Source: Anaerolineales bacterium (GTDB taxonomy: Bacteria > Chloroflexota > Anaerolineae > Anaerolineales > UBA11579). From it: a stretch of 64,000 bases of DNA. Below, piece after piece: positions 34,866 through 44,289 of the stretch; position 1 is the first letter of the stretch; every line of letters starts with the position of its first letter. Below the pieces are notes generated by a model. The model was not told the origin of the DNA, ran no database searches, and worked only from the letters and a program-made list of their open reading frames with translations. The DNA lies in the NCBI GenBank assembly GCA_019637755.1, contig JAHBVC010000002.1, positions 293,342 through 357,341 on the forward strand. Reading direction: 5' to 3'. Made by a program: the position numbers and the translations under genes.

Positions 34866-34994
34866 ATGGCAAACAAGCCCGCCAGCAAGACCAAAAAACC
34901 GAGCCCGAAGCCCAAGCTACCCAAGGCCAAGGCGAAGCCTGTAACCAAGGGCCCTACTGACAGCTTAGCGGCGCGGGCGGCGCGCCTGATATGA
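34866..34994 (+). CDS. Possible 42-aa Lys/Pro-rich micro-protein coupled to the next gene
   Basis: MANKPASKTKKPSPKPKLPKAKAKPVTKGPTDSLAARAARLI. Its TGA overlaps the ATG of 34991 (ATGA). Below the ORF-track cutoff. Confidence 0.3.
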   Translation: MANKPASKTKKPSPKPKLPKAKAKPVTKGPTDSLAARAARLI

Positions 34995-35755
34995 GCCCGT
35001 TCATCACCGCCATCCTCATTCACCTGGCCACCGCCGGCCTGTTTGCCTTCGTCGGCTGGCGCCTACGCCACCGCCAGCACGCCGATGCGCTGGATCAGCG
35101 CGCCTGGCGCGCCTTCCTGTGCTGGTGGTTTGGCATGGGCCTCAACGCCGCGCTGATGGGCCTTTCAATGCTGTTACGCGCCAGCGGCCTGAGCGCCCTG
35201 TGGTTCTTCGTAGCCCTCAATCTGCTCGGCACGCTGGCTGCCGGGGTGGCGCTATGGGGGCTGATCAGCTATCTCCTGTATGTGTTCCGCGGCGATTGGC
35301 GCCACAGCCGCTGGGTGGCCGCGTTCTACATTGCCTTTGGCCTATACCTGCTCTACACCGTGGTTGCCTTCGTGCCCACCGCTGCCACGCTCACCACCTG
35401 GCAAGTGCTCATCGAATATCAGCGCACGCCCAGGCCGCTCTACCCCGTGGGCCTGCTGCTGCTCTTCGGCCTGCCGCCGATCCTGGCCAGCCTGGCGTTC
35501 CTGCGCATCTTCTTTAGCCTGCGCGAGCGCAGCGCCCGCTACCGCGCCGTACTGGTTACCCTCGGTATTTTCCTGCAGTTTGCCGTGCCCTTCATCATGC
35601 CGATCATTCTCTACCTGTTCGGCATCCTCACCCCCAAACTCCCCTGGTGGCCGCTCACCTACCGCCTGGTCGGCCTGCTCGGCCTGCTCCTGCTCTACTT
35701 CGCCTATTCTCCGCCACGTTTCGTACAAGACTGGTTGCGCGTCAATCCGCTATAG
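34991..35755 (+). CDS. Multi-pass membrane protein, paralog 1
   Basis: 254 aa, about 7 helices. Shares AWRAFLCWWFGMGLN, LWGLISYLLYVFRG, LPPILASLAFLRIFFSLRERSARYRA and WWPL..RL.GL with the next gene. Confidence 0.6.
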   Translation: MSPFITAILIHLATAGLFAFVGWRLRHRQHADALDQRAWRAFLCWWFGMGLNAALMGLSMLLRASGLSALWFFVALNLLGTLAAGVALWGLISYLLYVFRGDWRHSRWVAAFYIAFGLYLLYTVVAFVPTAATLTTWQVLIEYQRTPRPLYPVGLLLLFGLPPILASLAFLRIFFSLRERSARYRAVLVTLGIFLQFAVPFIMPIILYLFGILTPKLPWWPLTYRLVGLLGLLLLYFAYSPPRFVQDWLRVNPL

Positions 35756-35826
35756 CGGCTCCTAAAAATCCACCCACATACGTTGCACCACCAGACCTAT
35801 GCTGGGCTTACCCTCTGGTATCCCGA

Positions 35827-36603
35827 ATGAACCTCCCCGCCCTCACTATCTTCTTCGCTAACTGCGCGCTGTATTTCTTCATCGGCCATTCGCTGCGCCA
35901 AAAACGGCTGGCCGATGCCGAAGATGCGCGCGGCTGGCGCGCATTCCTGTTCTGGTGGTATGGCATGGCTGCTAACACCGGGCTGAATGGTTTGGCCGTA
36001 CTTGCCATGGGCCTGGGCATTAGCTGGCTGCCGCTGTTAGTAGCGCTGAATGCGCTGGCCGCCCTGGCCGCCGCGCCGGCCCTTTGGGGTCTGCTCAGCT
36101 ACTTGCTGTACATCTTCCGCGGCAACCACACCGCTTCGCGCTGGCTAGGCCGCTTCTATGTGCTCTTCGGCATTTTCCTGCTGGTGTCCATTTACCTCTT
36201 ACATCCTGTCGGCGCCAGCATGGGCACCTGGGAGATGACGCTGCAATACGCCAACGTGCCCAGCGGGCTCTTCGGCCTGCTCTATGGCGTGTTACTGATC
36301 CTACTCTTGAGCCTGCCGCCGATCCTGGCCAGTATTGGCATGTTCACTTTGTTCTTCCGCGTACGTGAGCGCAGCGCGCGGTTCCGTGCCTTGCTGGTGC
36401 CGCTGGGCTTCTTCCTGCTCTTCGGCTTGGCCTACTTCATCCCGCTGATTCTGCTGCTCCTCGGCACCAACCTCAATACAGTCACCTGGTGGCCGCTAGC
36501 CATCCGCCTGATCGGCCTGGCGGCGCTGGTGCTAATTTACATTGCCTATTTCCCGCCACGCGCTGTACAACGCCTGCTACGCGTGCACTCAATATTGGTC
36601 TAA
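35827..36603 (+). CDS. Multi-pass membrane protein, paralog 2
   Basis: ATG 35827 (MNLPALTIFFANCALYFF..). It aligns along its whole length with 34991-35755. Confidence 0.6.
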   Translation: MNLPALTIFFANCALYFFIGHSLRQKRLADAEDARGWRAFLFWWYGMAANTGLNGLAVLAMGLGISWLPLLVALNALAALAAAPALWGLLSYLLYIFRGNHTASRWLGRFYVLFGIFLLVSIYLLHPVGASMGTWEMTLQYANVPSGLFGLLYGVLLILLLSLPPILASIGMFTLFFRVRERSARFRALLVPLGFFLLFGLAYFIPLILLLLGTNLNTVTWWPLAIRLIGLAALVLIYIAYFPPRAVQRLLRVHSILV

Positions 36604-36641
36604 AAAAAAGCGCCTGCGGAATTCGCAGGCGCTTTTTTTTT
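36602..36641. terminator. Bidirectional intrinsic terminator
   Basis: aaaaaaaagcgcctgcggaattcgcaggcgcttttttttt. Confidence 0.85.
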
Positions 36642-37890
36642 ACTTCTTTTCAGGCTCGCTGGTGGGCGGTGGCGTTGCCCCGCTATAGGTTTCTTCCGTA
36701 GTGCCCAATTGCGCCGCCGGCAACAAGCGCGAGTCGATCGCGTCGTAGGTCAACACCACTTTTTCACCCTTCTTGAATTCCTCATCCTCATCCAGATTAC
36801 GCACCAGCACAGTAAGCTCGGTACCCCCCTTGAGGGTCACCTCCACACGCGTATCGGTGCCCACAAACACCGAATCGAGCACGCGCGCGTTCATCACTGC
36901 ATTGATGCGCGGTTGCGGCGGCTTGGCCGGGTTGCTGGGCGCGGCTGGCGCGGGCACTTCGGCGCCGGGCGCCAGGTTGGGCGCCAGCTCGCGGGCAATG
37001 CCCAGCTTCTCCGGCCGGATCACCATGGTGACCTTTTCGCCGGGCATCAGCGGGAAGTTGGCCGGGGCGGCGGTGACATCCTCGCGCCCCACCTTCAAGA
37101 CGGTGCGGTCCTCGTGCATCGATACCACCTTGCCTTCGAGGAAGTTGGTATCGCCAATGAAATCAGCCACAAAGTGATTGGCGGGGAAGTTGTAAATCTG
37201 CTCCGGCGTGCCCACCTGCTGCACGCGGCCTTCGCTCATCACGGCGATGCGATCGCTCATCGTCAGCGCTTCTTCCTGATCGTGCGTGACATAAATAAAT
37301 GTAATCCCCACGCGCTTCTGCAGCTCTTTCAACTCATGCTGCATGCTCTCACGCAGCTTGAGGTCCAGCGCCCCCAGCGGCTCATCCAACAGCAGCACCG
37401 CCGGGCGGTTCACCAGGGCGCGCGCCAGCGCCACGCGCTGCTGCTGCCCGCCGGAAAGTTGGTTCGGCTTGCGCTCACCCAGTTGGCCCAGCTTCACCAG
37501 TTCCAACGCCTCACGCACGCGCACCTCGCGCTCGCCCTTGGGCACACGCTTGACCGCCAGGCCAAAGCCCACATTCTGGGCCACACTCAAATGCGGAAAG
37601 AGCGCATAGCTTTGAAACACAGTGTTGACCGCACGCTTGTAGGGCGGCACCTCGTTGGAGAGCTCGCCGTTCAAATAGATCTCGCCACTGGTGGGGAACT
37701 CAAAGCCGGCGATCATGCGCAGCGTGGTGGTCTTGCCGCAGCCACTCGGGCCGAGCATGGTAAAAAATTCACCTTGCTTGATCTGCAGATCCACGCCCTT
37801 CACGGCGTGCATCAGCCCTTCGCCGCGCCCCGCCCCGGAGAAGACCTTGCTGACATTCTTGAGTTCAACTGCCAATGGTTTCGCGTTCAT
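36640..37890 (-). CDS. potA: Spermidine/putrescine-type ABC transporter ATP-binding protein
   Basis: Walker [10 protein letters not shown], signature [15 protein letters not shown], Walker B LLLDEPL, and a TOBE-like C-terminus with a Pro-rich insert. Confidence 0.85.
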   Translation of the reverse strand: MNAKPLAVELKNVSKVFSGAGRGEGLMHAVKGVDLQIKQGEFFTMLGPSGCGKTTTLRMIAGFEFPTSGEIYLNGELSNEVPPYKRAVNTVFQSYALFPHLSVAQNVGFGLAVKRVPKGEREVRVREALELVKLGQLGERKPNQLSGGQQQRVALARALVNRPAVLLLDEPLGALDLKLRESMQHELKELQKRVGITFIYVTHDQEEALTMSDRIAVMSEGRVQQVGTPEQIYNFPANHFVADFIGDTNFLEGKVVSMHEDRTVLKVGREDVTAAPANFPLMPGEKVTMVIRPEKLGIARELAPNLAPGAEVPAPAAPSNPAKPPQPRINAVMNARVLDSVFVGTDTRVEVTLKGGTELTVLVRNLDEDEEFKKGEKVVLTYDAIDSRLLPAAQLGTTEETYSGATPPPTSEPEKK

Positions 37891-37943
37891 TCGTTATCCT
37901 TCACACTCTATTCGATCAGATCCACCAAAATAGCGGTGCCGCC

Positions 37944-38738
37944 TTATACCTTCGGCCGGCCGGCTCCCAACCGGCGTAGCCATTCACTGAACAGCAAGAT
38001 CACCACCGAAACCATGATCACTACCGCTGCCGTGGTCACCGCCAGCGGCAAACGGCTGGGGAAGCGCAATTGGGAGTACAAGTACACCGGCAGAGTGTTC
38101 TGCGTACCGGCCAGGAAGAACGCCAGCGAGAACTCGTCAAATGACATGGTGAACGAAGACAAGAACGCCGCCACCAGGGCCGGCATGGAGATCGGCAGGG
38201 TCACCCGCATCAGCGTGCCCCAGTAGGTGGCGCCCAGATCCATCGCGGCCTCCTCCAAATTATTGGCGAAGCCAGAAAGGCGCGCCGCTACGATCAACAT
38301 AACGTAGGGCATATTGATGATGGTATGGCCGATCATGATCGTCCACAGGTTGAGCTCCACCTTCAAGGCCTGGAACAGGATCAGCAGCGCCACGGCCAGC
38401 ACCACGTACGGGATCACCAAGGGCAGCGTGGCAATATTGAGGAAGAATTCGCGCCCGGGAAAGTTGTAGCGCGCAATTGCGATCGCCGCCGCCCCGCCCA
38501 ATACCGTGGCCACCACCGAGGACACCACGCCGATGATCAAGCTGTTCTTGGCCGCATTGATCAGTTCCGTGGCCTGCAACAGCTCGCGGTACCACTGCAA
38601 GGTAAAACCCTTGAGCGGGAAGACCAGCAAGACCGAGTCGTTGAACGAAAACACAATTAACAGCAGGATCGGCAGTTGCAGGAACAACAGCAACAGCAGG
38701 TAATACCCCAAGCCCAGCCACTTTCCGGTTTGTCTCAT
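37944..38738 (-). CDS. potC: Spermidine/putrescine-type ABC permease
   Basis: 264 aa, 6 TM, with the EAA-loop motif LEEAAMDLGATYW. Confidence 0.8.
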   Translation of the reverse strand: MRQTGKWLGLGYYLLLLLFLQLPILLLIVFSFNDSVLLVFPLKGFTLQWYRELLQATELINAAKNSLIIGVVSSVVATVLGGAAAIAIARYNFPGREFFLNIATLPLVIPYVVLAVALLILFQALKVELNLWTIMIGHTIINMPYVMLIVAARLSGFANNLEEAAMDLGATYWGTLMRVTLPISMPALVAAFLSSFTMSFDEFSLAFFLAGTQNTLPVYLYSQLRFPSRLPLAVTTAAVVIMVSVVILLFSEWLRRLGAGRPKV

Positions 38739-38763
38739 GCTCTGCGCCTTCTCTCGCTGCGCC

Positions 38764-39615
38764 CTAGGAGGACACCGGCACTTCAGTGATCGGAATAAAG
38801 CGATTGAAAATGTAGCTGAACACGCCCACCAGCACCAGCAACACCATGCTCATCAGCGCCCCCAGCGGCCAGTTGAGCGCGCGCCCAAACTGATCCTGGA
38901 TCAGGTTGCCATACATGATGCCGCTCACCCCGCCTACCAGGGTCGGCGTGACCCATTCGCCCAGCGTGGGGATGAAGACAAAGAAGAACGCCGAGGCCAC
39001 GCCCGGCATGGTCAGCGGAAAGGTCACCCGCCAGAAAGTGACACTGGGCGAGGCACCCAGATCGGCAGCCGCTTCGTGCAAGCGCGGGTCAATGCGTTCC
39101 ATGGCGGCGAAGATCGGCAGCGCCGCAAATGGGATCCATACATACACCAGCGTGATCAGCACCGCGGCCTGGCTGTAGAGCAAGATCGGCGCACCGTCCT
39201 GGATCAGGCCCGCCTGGATCAGCAGTTGGTTTAGCAAGCCCTCCGAGCCCAGGATCACTTTCCAGGCCAGCACGCGCAGCAGATAGCTGATCCACGCCGG
39301 CAGGATCAGCAAGGTGAGCAGCATCACGCGGCGTGCCCCGGTGTAAAACACCAGATAGTAGGCCACCGGGTAAGCCAACAGGATCGAGAGCACCGCGGTG
39401 AGCAAGGCCAGGCGGCTGGAGTTGAGCAGCAGCACGAAATAGGATGGGTTTGAAAAGAAGTTCTCGAAGGCGGTAAATGAGAACGGCAACAACGGCCCAA
39501 AGCTGCTGGCCTTCAAGGTGTACAAGGCCATGATGACCAGGGGCACCATAAAGAAGAACAGCAAAAACACCGATGGCGGTGTGATGAGAGCAAAGAGGCG
39601 GCGTTTGTTTTCCAT
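38764..39615 (-). CDS. potB: Spermidine/putrescine-type ABC permease
   Basis: 283 aa, with the EAA loop LHEAAADLGASP. Confidence 0.8.
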   Translation of the reverse strand: MENKRRLFALITPPSVFLLFFFMVPLVIMALYTLKASSFGPLLPFSFTAFENFFSNPSYFVLLLNSSRLALLTAVLSILLAYPVAYYLVFYTGARRVMLLTLLILPAWISYLLRVLAWKVILGSEGLLNQLLIQAGLIQDGAPILLYSQAAVLITLVYVWIPFAALPIFAAMERIDPRLHEAAADLGASPSVTFWRVTFPLTMPGVASAFFFVFIPTLGEWVTPTLVGGVSGIMYGNLIQDQFGRALNWPLGALMSMVLLVLVGVFSYIFNRFIPITEVPVSS

Positions 39616-39635
39616 TCGATAGTCCTAGCAGAGAA

Positions 39636-39668
39636 CAGGGCGGGATTACGTTGCGTAATCCCGCCCTG
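39636..39668 (-). other. Intercistronic hairpin between potD and potB
   Basis: cagggcgggattacgttgcgtaatcccgccctg is a 14-bp stem with no U-run. Such hairpins commonly follow SBP genes. Confidence 0.55.
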
Positions 39669-39720
39669 CTCGTCGTGTCAGTGTAGTGACAACCTGTTCA
39701 CCAAGTGCCAGCCAGCCAAG

Positions 39721-40782
39721 CTACTGCTCGGCCTTCACTTCGTTCCAGATGGTGGTCATCATCTGGCGCTGCTCCTGGGTGAGCGGGTGCTGGAAGTTGC
39801 TGCTCGCCAGCACGGCGGGATCATCAAACTGGAACACATCCACCAGATCCGGGTCGAGCAGGGGCACCGACTCCATGTTGGCCGCGCCGTAGTAGAAATC
39901 ATTCGCCATGTTGGCGTTCGACTGCGCATCGATCAGCGCGTTGATGTAGTCATACGCCAGATCCACATTGGTGGAATTGGCCGAAATGCCGAAGCCACAT
40001 GCGTAGCTGATGCGCCCTTCCTTCGGGTTGACGTATTCCACCTGATAGCCTTCATCGGCCAGGGTGGCCCAGGCATCGTTCCAGGTGTTAGCGCCCACCG
40101 CCACATCGCCGGCGGCCAGCAACTGGTTGATCTCGGTGTAGTCCACCCAGTAGGTCAACAGATTGGGCTTCAGCGCGATCAGGTGCTGCTTGATCGCTTC
40201 CTGCTGCTCCGGCGTGGTGTTGTACGGGTCATAACCCAGGGCATACGCCGCGGTCAGAAAGGTGGATTCGCCCGAGTCAAAGATGGCCACCTGGCCAGCA
40301 TACTGCGGGTCCCACAAGTCGGCCCATGAGTCCGGCACTTCGTCTACCAGGTCGGTACGTACCGTGATCGATTCGTAGGCCCAATCCCAAGGGATGAAGT
40401 ATTGCTTGCCGTCAAACTGGCCGTGCTCGGCCAGCGTGGGGAAGAGCTTGTCAAAATTAGAGAGCCGCGAAACGTCCAGCGGCTGCACCAACCCAGCCTC
40501 TACATACAGGCCCCACCAGCTCCCACACGGGTGCACCACGTCAAACTGGAAGCCGCTTTGCGCCTTGGAAAAGGCTTCGGCATCCTCACCAAAAAAGCTG
40601 TATTCCGGCGCAATCTCCGGGTGTTGCAGGGCAAAAGGCTCCCAATAGCTCGGCTCCTCATAGCCCGACCATTCCAGCACGATCAGCTGGGTGTTCGGGG
40701 CCGCGGCGCTACCCCCACAGGCAGCCAACACGGCCGCCGCCAACAGCAGCAATACAACGTTCTTGATTTTGTTTAACTTCAT
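39721..40782 (-). CDS. potD: Polyamine-type ABC substrate-binding lipoprotein
   Basis: Lipobox LAACGG. 353 aa with PotD/PotF-like layout (VLEWSGYEEP.., WDWAYESI.., NTWNDAW). Confidence 0.8.
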   Translation of the reverse strand: MKLNKIKNVVLLLLAAAVLAACGGSAAAPNTQLIVLEWSGYEEPSYWEPFALQHPEIAPEYSFFGEDAEAFSKAQSGFQFDVVHPCGSWWGLYVEAGLVQPLDVSRLSNFDKLFPTLAEHGQFDGKQYFIPWDWAYESITVRTDLVDEVPDSWADLWDPQYAGQVAIFDSGESTFLTAAYALGYDPYNTTPEQQEAIKQHLIALKPNLLTYWVDYTEINQLLAAGDVAVGANTWNDAWATLADEGYQVEYVNPKEGRISYACGFGISANSTNVDLAYDYINALIDAQSNANMANDFYYGAANMESVPLLDPDLVDVFQFDDPAVLASSNFQHPLTQEQRQMMTTIWNEVKAEQ

Positions 40783-40920
40783 TTTTTCTCTTTCTCCTTA
40801 TTATTGTTAAACAAAAAAACTGTACCTGGGGTTCCGCAGCCGTGGCCACGACTTCGCCCGTACAGTTTCGCTACTTGGCTCCCCCATAGCAGCTGGGACA
40901 GGACAGTCTCCATCCACCGT

Positions 40921-40955
40921 CATTTTGCATATTTTATTAGGTTGCAAGCAAAATG
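40921..40955. promoter_or_regulatory. AT-rich inverted repeat in the potD / nnrS-like divergent region (candidate operator)
   Basis: cattttgc-N19-gcaaaatg, with an internal TTGCA-N7-TGCAA. Confidence 0.35.
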
Positions 40956-40990
40956 CAATGCTCAAAGCTTAAAGAATTGGCAGCGGCCAC

Positions 40991-41022
40991 CCCCGGCGGG
41001 CCAGCACCCCGGCGGGCCAGCA
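40991..41022 (+). repeat. Tandem 16-bp repeat (2 copies plus a partial)
   Basis: ccccggcgggccagca ccccggcgggccagca cccc. Confidence 0.8.
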
Positions 41023-41061
41023 CCCCACCTGCCCCGCCCAGGCAGTAGTACACTCCCTTTG

Positions 41062-42138
41062 ATGAAGATCCCCTATTTCAAGTTTCGCCTGCCGATCCTG
41101 CTGGTGTGCGTTGCCCTGCTGGTACTGGCCGTGCTGGCCGGCTTGGCGCGCATCGGCTGGGCGCTGCCCAGCCTGCCGCGCCAACTACCCATCGCCCACG
41201 GCCCGCTGATGGTTTGCGGCTTCTTTGGTACCCTCATCGCCCTGGAGCGCGCCGTGGCGCTCAACCGCCGCTGGATGTACCTCGGCCCAGCCGCCAGTGC
41301 CCTTGGCGGCCTGCTGCTGGTGGCCGGCCACAGCCTGCCCGGCGCGTTGTTGATCGTGCTGGCCAGCCTCAGCTTTAGCCTGGTGGGCTGGCTGATCGTG
41401 CGCCAGGCGCCGGCCAACTACACCCGCGTGATGGCGATCGGCGCCACCAGTTGGCTGGTGGGCAACCTGCTGTGGCTATTTGGCCTGCCGCTCTCGCTGG
41501 TGGTGCACTGGTGGGCGGCCTTCCTGGTGCTCACCATCGCCGGCGAACGCCTGGAGCTGGGGCGCTTGCTGCGCCCCAGCCAAAACGCCCAGCGCGCCTT
41601 TCTGGCCGCCACCGCGGCGGTCTTGCTGGGCGCCGCGCTGGTAGCGTTCAACTTCTTGTGGGGTGCGCGCCTCTATAACCTGGGCATCCTGGCACTCAGC
41701 CTGTGGTTCCTGCGTTATGACGTCGTGCGCGTCACCCTGCGCACACGCGGCCTGCCGCGCTACATTGCCTGGGCGCTCTGCCTGGGCTATATCTGGCTGG
41801 GCGTCAGTGCGGTGCTCGGCTTCCTCAACGGGCCGCAGGTAGCCGGCCTGCTCTACGATGCCTACTGGCACGGCATGTTCGTGGGCTTCGTACTCTCGAT
41901 GGTGTTTGCCCACGGGCCGATCATCCTGCCCGCCATTCTAGGCCGCACCGCGGTCTACCATCCCATCCTGTACGCGCCGCTGGCGCTGCTGCATAGTTCG
42001 CTGATCGTGCGCATCATTGGCAATCTGCTGCTCGATCCGCTGATCCGCCGCTGGGGCGGCCTGCTGAATGGCTTTGCGATTCTGTTGTTCTTTATTTCGA
42101 TGGCGATCTCCTTCCGGCGTAACCGCTCCGGCCAATAA
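41062..42138 (+). CDS. Multi-pass membrane protein, NnrS-like by size, topology and context
   Basis: ATG 41062 (MKIPYFKFRLPILLVCVALL..). About 12 helices with conserved-looking His residues (HWWAAF, YWHGMF, FAHGPI). It converges with nirK. The family assignment is tentative. Confidence 0.4.
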   Translation: MKIPYFKFRLPILLVCVALLVLAVLAGLARIGWALPSLPRQLPIAHGPLMVCGFFGTLIALERAVALNRRWMYLGPAASALGGLLLVAGHSLPGALLIVLASLSFSLVGWLIVRQAPANYTRVMAIGATSWLVGNLLWLFGLPLSLVVHWWAAFLVLTIAGERLELGRLLRPSQNAQRAFLAATAAVLLGAALVAFNFLWGARLYNLGILALSLWFLRYDVVRVTLRTRGLPRYIAWALCLGYIWLGVSAVLGFLNGPQVAGLLYDAYWHGMFVGFVLSMVFAHGPIILPAILGRTAVYHPILYAPLALLHSSLIVRIIGNLLLDPLIRRWGGLLNGFAILLFFISMAISFRRNRSGQ

Positions 42139-42142
42139 TCAC

Positions 42143-42176
42143 AAAAAAAGAGCGCAGCCAAGCTGCGCTCTTTTTT
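42143..42176. terminator. Bidirectional intrinsic terminator
   Basis: aaaaaaagagcgcagccaagctgcgctctttttt. Confidence 0.85.
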
Positions 42177-42193
42177 ATCTTTTACTCACTGGC

Positions 42194-43672
42194 TCAGGGG
42201 TTGGCCGGGCCTTCTTTGAAGATGCTGGGGTCGGCTGCCCCACTCACTTCCAGCATGCCCACCAAGCCACGCTCCAGCCGGCTGAGGGCGTGATCCACCA
42301 GCACATAGTGGCCCGGGTAGTTGACGGTGAATTCCACCATCGTGGCCCCGCCCGGCGGCACACTGATGGTTTGCACATCGGTGAGCGGCGGCGAGCTGAG
42401 CGACCCAAAGGCATACGCCCGGTCAAAGATTTCGCCGATCACATGGAAGGAGGAGGTGAAGTTCGGCCCACCCACCCCGATGTAAATGCGCACCGTCTCG
42501 CCTACGTTGGCGCGCAGCATGTACTCTTCGCTGGCCAGGCCCACGGCGCCCACCGCGCCGTTGAAGACGAAGTACTCGGGGTCCTCATTGGCCATCTTGT
42601 CGTGGCTAAAGGTCAGCTCACCCAGGCTGCCGAAGGCTTGCTCGGTGTAGATCTCGCTCTGCATCACATAGAACTCACGGTCCACCACCGGCAACCCGCC
42701 TTCCGGCTCGATCAAGATCAGGCCGAACATGCCACTGGCAATGTGGTGCGGCACGCTGGGCGTGGCACAGTGATAGACGTAAATGCCGGGGTTGAGTGCC
42801 TGAAAAGTGAACACCTTGGTTTCGCCCGGCTGGATCTGCGATACCTCACCACCGCCACCCGGCCCCGTGGCGGCATGCAAGTCCACCGAGTGCACGAAGG
42901 CGTTGTCGGTTTCATTGCGCAGCGTGATCTCGACCGTGTCGTTTACCCGTGCCCGGATGAAGGGGCCGGGTATGCTGCCATTGAAGGTGAAGTAAGGATA
43001 GGTAGTGCCGTCGGCGAGTTGGCCCACCACTTCTTGCGCCACCAGTTCGGCCTGCACCAATTGCGGGCCGCGTGCGCCTACCGGCGCGGGGATATCGGTG
43101 GGGTCTTTCACCACTGAAGTGGCCGCCGTGCCGTCACCGCTGCCCACTTGCAGGGTGCCTTGCATGCCGGCCGCCTGGTGCCCCGGCACCACGCAGTAGT
43201 AAGTGAAGCTGCCCTCGCGGTCGGCCACGAACTTGATGCTGCGTTCCTCGCCCAGCGCGGTGAGCATACCGGTATCCACCCCGAAGTCATCGAGCTGCAG
43301 GTTGTGCTGCACCGCTTCGCTGCTCACCAGGGTGATCTGCACAATGTCACCCGGCTCGGCTACCAAGGTGGGGTTGAACATGCCGTCGATCTCGCCGCCC
43401 ACACCGATGAACACCAGGTTATGCCCGCTGGTGCCGGTGGTGAGGGTGTAAGCCACATCGGCGTCGCCATCGGGCACGGCCGCCTGGGCTACCGGCGTGC
43501 TGCTGCTGCCCGACATATCGCCCATGTCATGCCCGCCACTGCCGCCCACTTGGTCTTGCAGCGAGCTGAGCGTCGCTTTGATCGATGTTTGCTCGCGCTG
43601 GATGGAATAGCAGCCACTCAACAGTAGCGCCACCAGCAGCAAGCTCATCAGGACAAAAAATTTACGTTGCAT
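42194..43672 (-). CDS. nirK: Copper-containing nitrite reductase with an N-terminal extra cupredoxin domain; lipoprotein
   Basis: Lipobox LLLSGC. Extra blue-copper domain (..HNLQLDDFG..YYCVVPGHQAAGMQG). NirK core with HSVDLHAATG and YVYHCATPSVPHHIASGMFG (T1Cu/T2Cu ligands). Confidence 0.85.
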   Translation of the reverse strand: MQRKFFVLMSLLLVALLLSGCYSIQREQTSIKATLSSLQDQVGGSGGHDMGDMSGSSSTPVAQAAVPDGDADVAYTLTTGTSGHNLVFIGVGGEIDGMFNPTLVAEPGDIVQITLVSSEAVQHNLQLDDFGVDTGMLTALGEERSIKFVADREGSFTYYCVVPGHQAAGMQGTLQVGSGDGTAATSVVKDPTDIPAPVGARGPQLVQAELVAQEVVGQLADGTTYPYFTFNGSIPGPFIRARVNDTVEITLRNETDNAFVHSVDLHAATGPGGGGEVSQIQPGETKVFTFQALNPGIYVYHCATPSVPHHIASGMFGLILIEPEGGLPVVDREFYVMQSEIYTEQAFGSLGELTFSHDKMANEDPEYFVFNGAVGAVGLASEEYMLRANVGETVRIYIGVGGPNFTSSFHVIGEIFDRAYAFGSLSSPPLTDVQTISVPPGGATMVEFTVNYPGHYVLVDHALSRLERGLVGMLEVSGAADPSIFKEGPANP

Positions 43673-43785
43673 ATCTCTCCTCGATTGAGTGATGTTCCCA
43701 CCACTGTAGGAGAAAAGCGCGTTTCTTCTTAGGTATGATTGTCCTCAGCTAGGGGCTTATTTGTCCCGTTCACCCTGAGGAACCC

Positions 43786-44199
43786 ATGCCGATCATCTAC
43801 AAAGTGAATACCCCGATAGACACTGAAACCGCCATTGCACTCTACCGCGCCAGCACCCTGGGCGAACGCCGCCCGGTGGACGATGCCGCCCGTATGGCAC
43901 GCATGCTGCAGCATGCCAACCTGACGGTAAGCGCCTGGGACGGCGAAAAGCTGGTGGGCATTGCCCGCTCAGTCACCGATTGGGCCTATTGCTGCTATCT
44001 GTCAGACCTGGCCGTGGATGCTAGCCAGCAACGCAGCGGCATTGGCAAGCAACTGATCCGCGAGACCCAGGCCGCCCTGGAGCCCGACGCCAAGATCATC
44101 CTGCTGGCAGCCCCCGCTGCCGTGGGCTATTACCCGCGCATCGGCTTTGAGCAGCATCCCTCGGCCTGGGTGCTGGGCGCCCGCCAGGAACTGAGCTGA
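43786..44199 (+). CDS. GNAT-family N-acetyltransferase
   Basis: 137 aa. YLSDLAVDASQQRSGIGKQLI is the acetyl-CoA motif, followed by YYPRIGF. Confidence 0.8.
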   Translation: MPIIYKVNTPIDTETAIALYRASTLGERRPVDDAARMARMLQHANLTVSAWDGEKLVGIARSVTDWAYCCYLSDLAVDASQQRSGIGKQLIRETQAALEPDAKIILLAAPAAVGYYPRIGFEQHPSAWVLGARQELS

Positions 44200-44218
44200 T
44201 CTTTACGTAAAAATAAGC

Positions 44219-44262
44219 CGAGGGATCCTTCGGGGCATAGCCCCAAAGGATCCCTCGTTGTT
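44219..44262. terminator. Bidirectional hairpin terminator
   Basis: cgagggatccttcggggcatagccccaaaggatccctcg, with T-rich runs on both strands. Confidence 0.7.
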
Positions 44263-44289
44263 TAAACGGCCATCACCCCAGGGGCGCGC

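Noticed and set aside
36709-38226. 505-aa ORF antisense to potA/potC
   Set aside because: It lies opposite two genes with unmistakable ABC motifs. Its composition (His/Arg/Gly/Leu-rich, no motifs) is typical of open antisense frames in GC-rich DNA.
40991-41022. Possible CRISPR-like or other array
   Set aside because: There are only about 2.3 directly abutting 16-bp units with no spacers. No CRISPR array or cas genes occur anywhere in the window.
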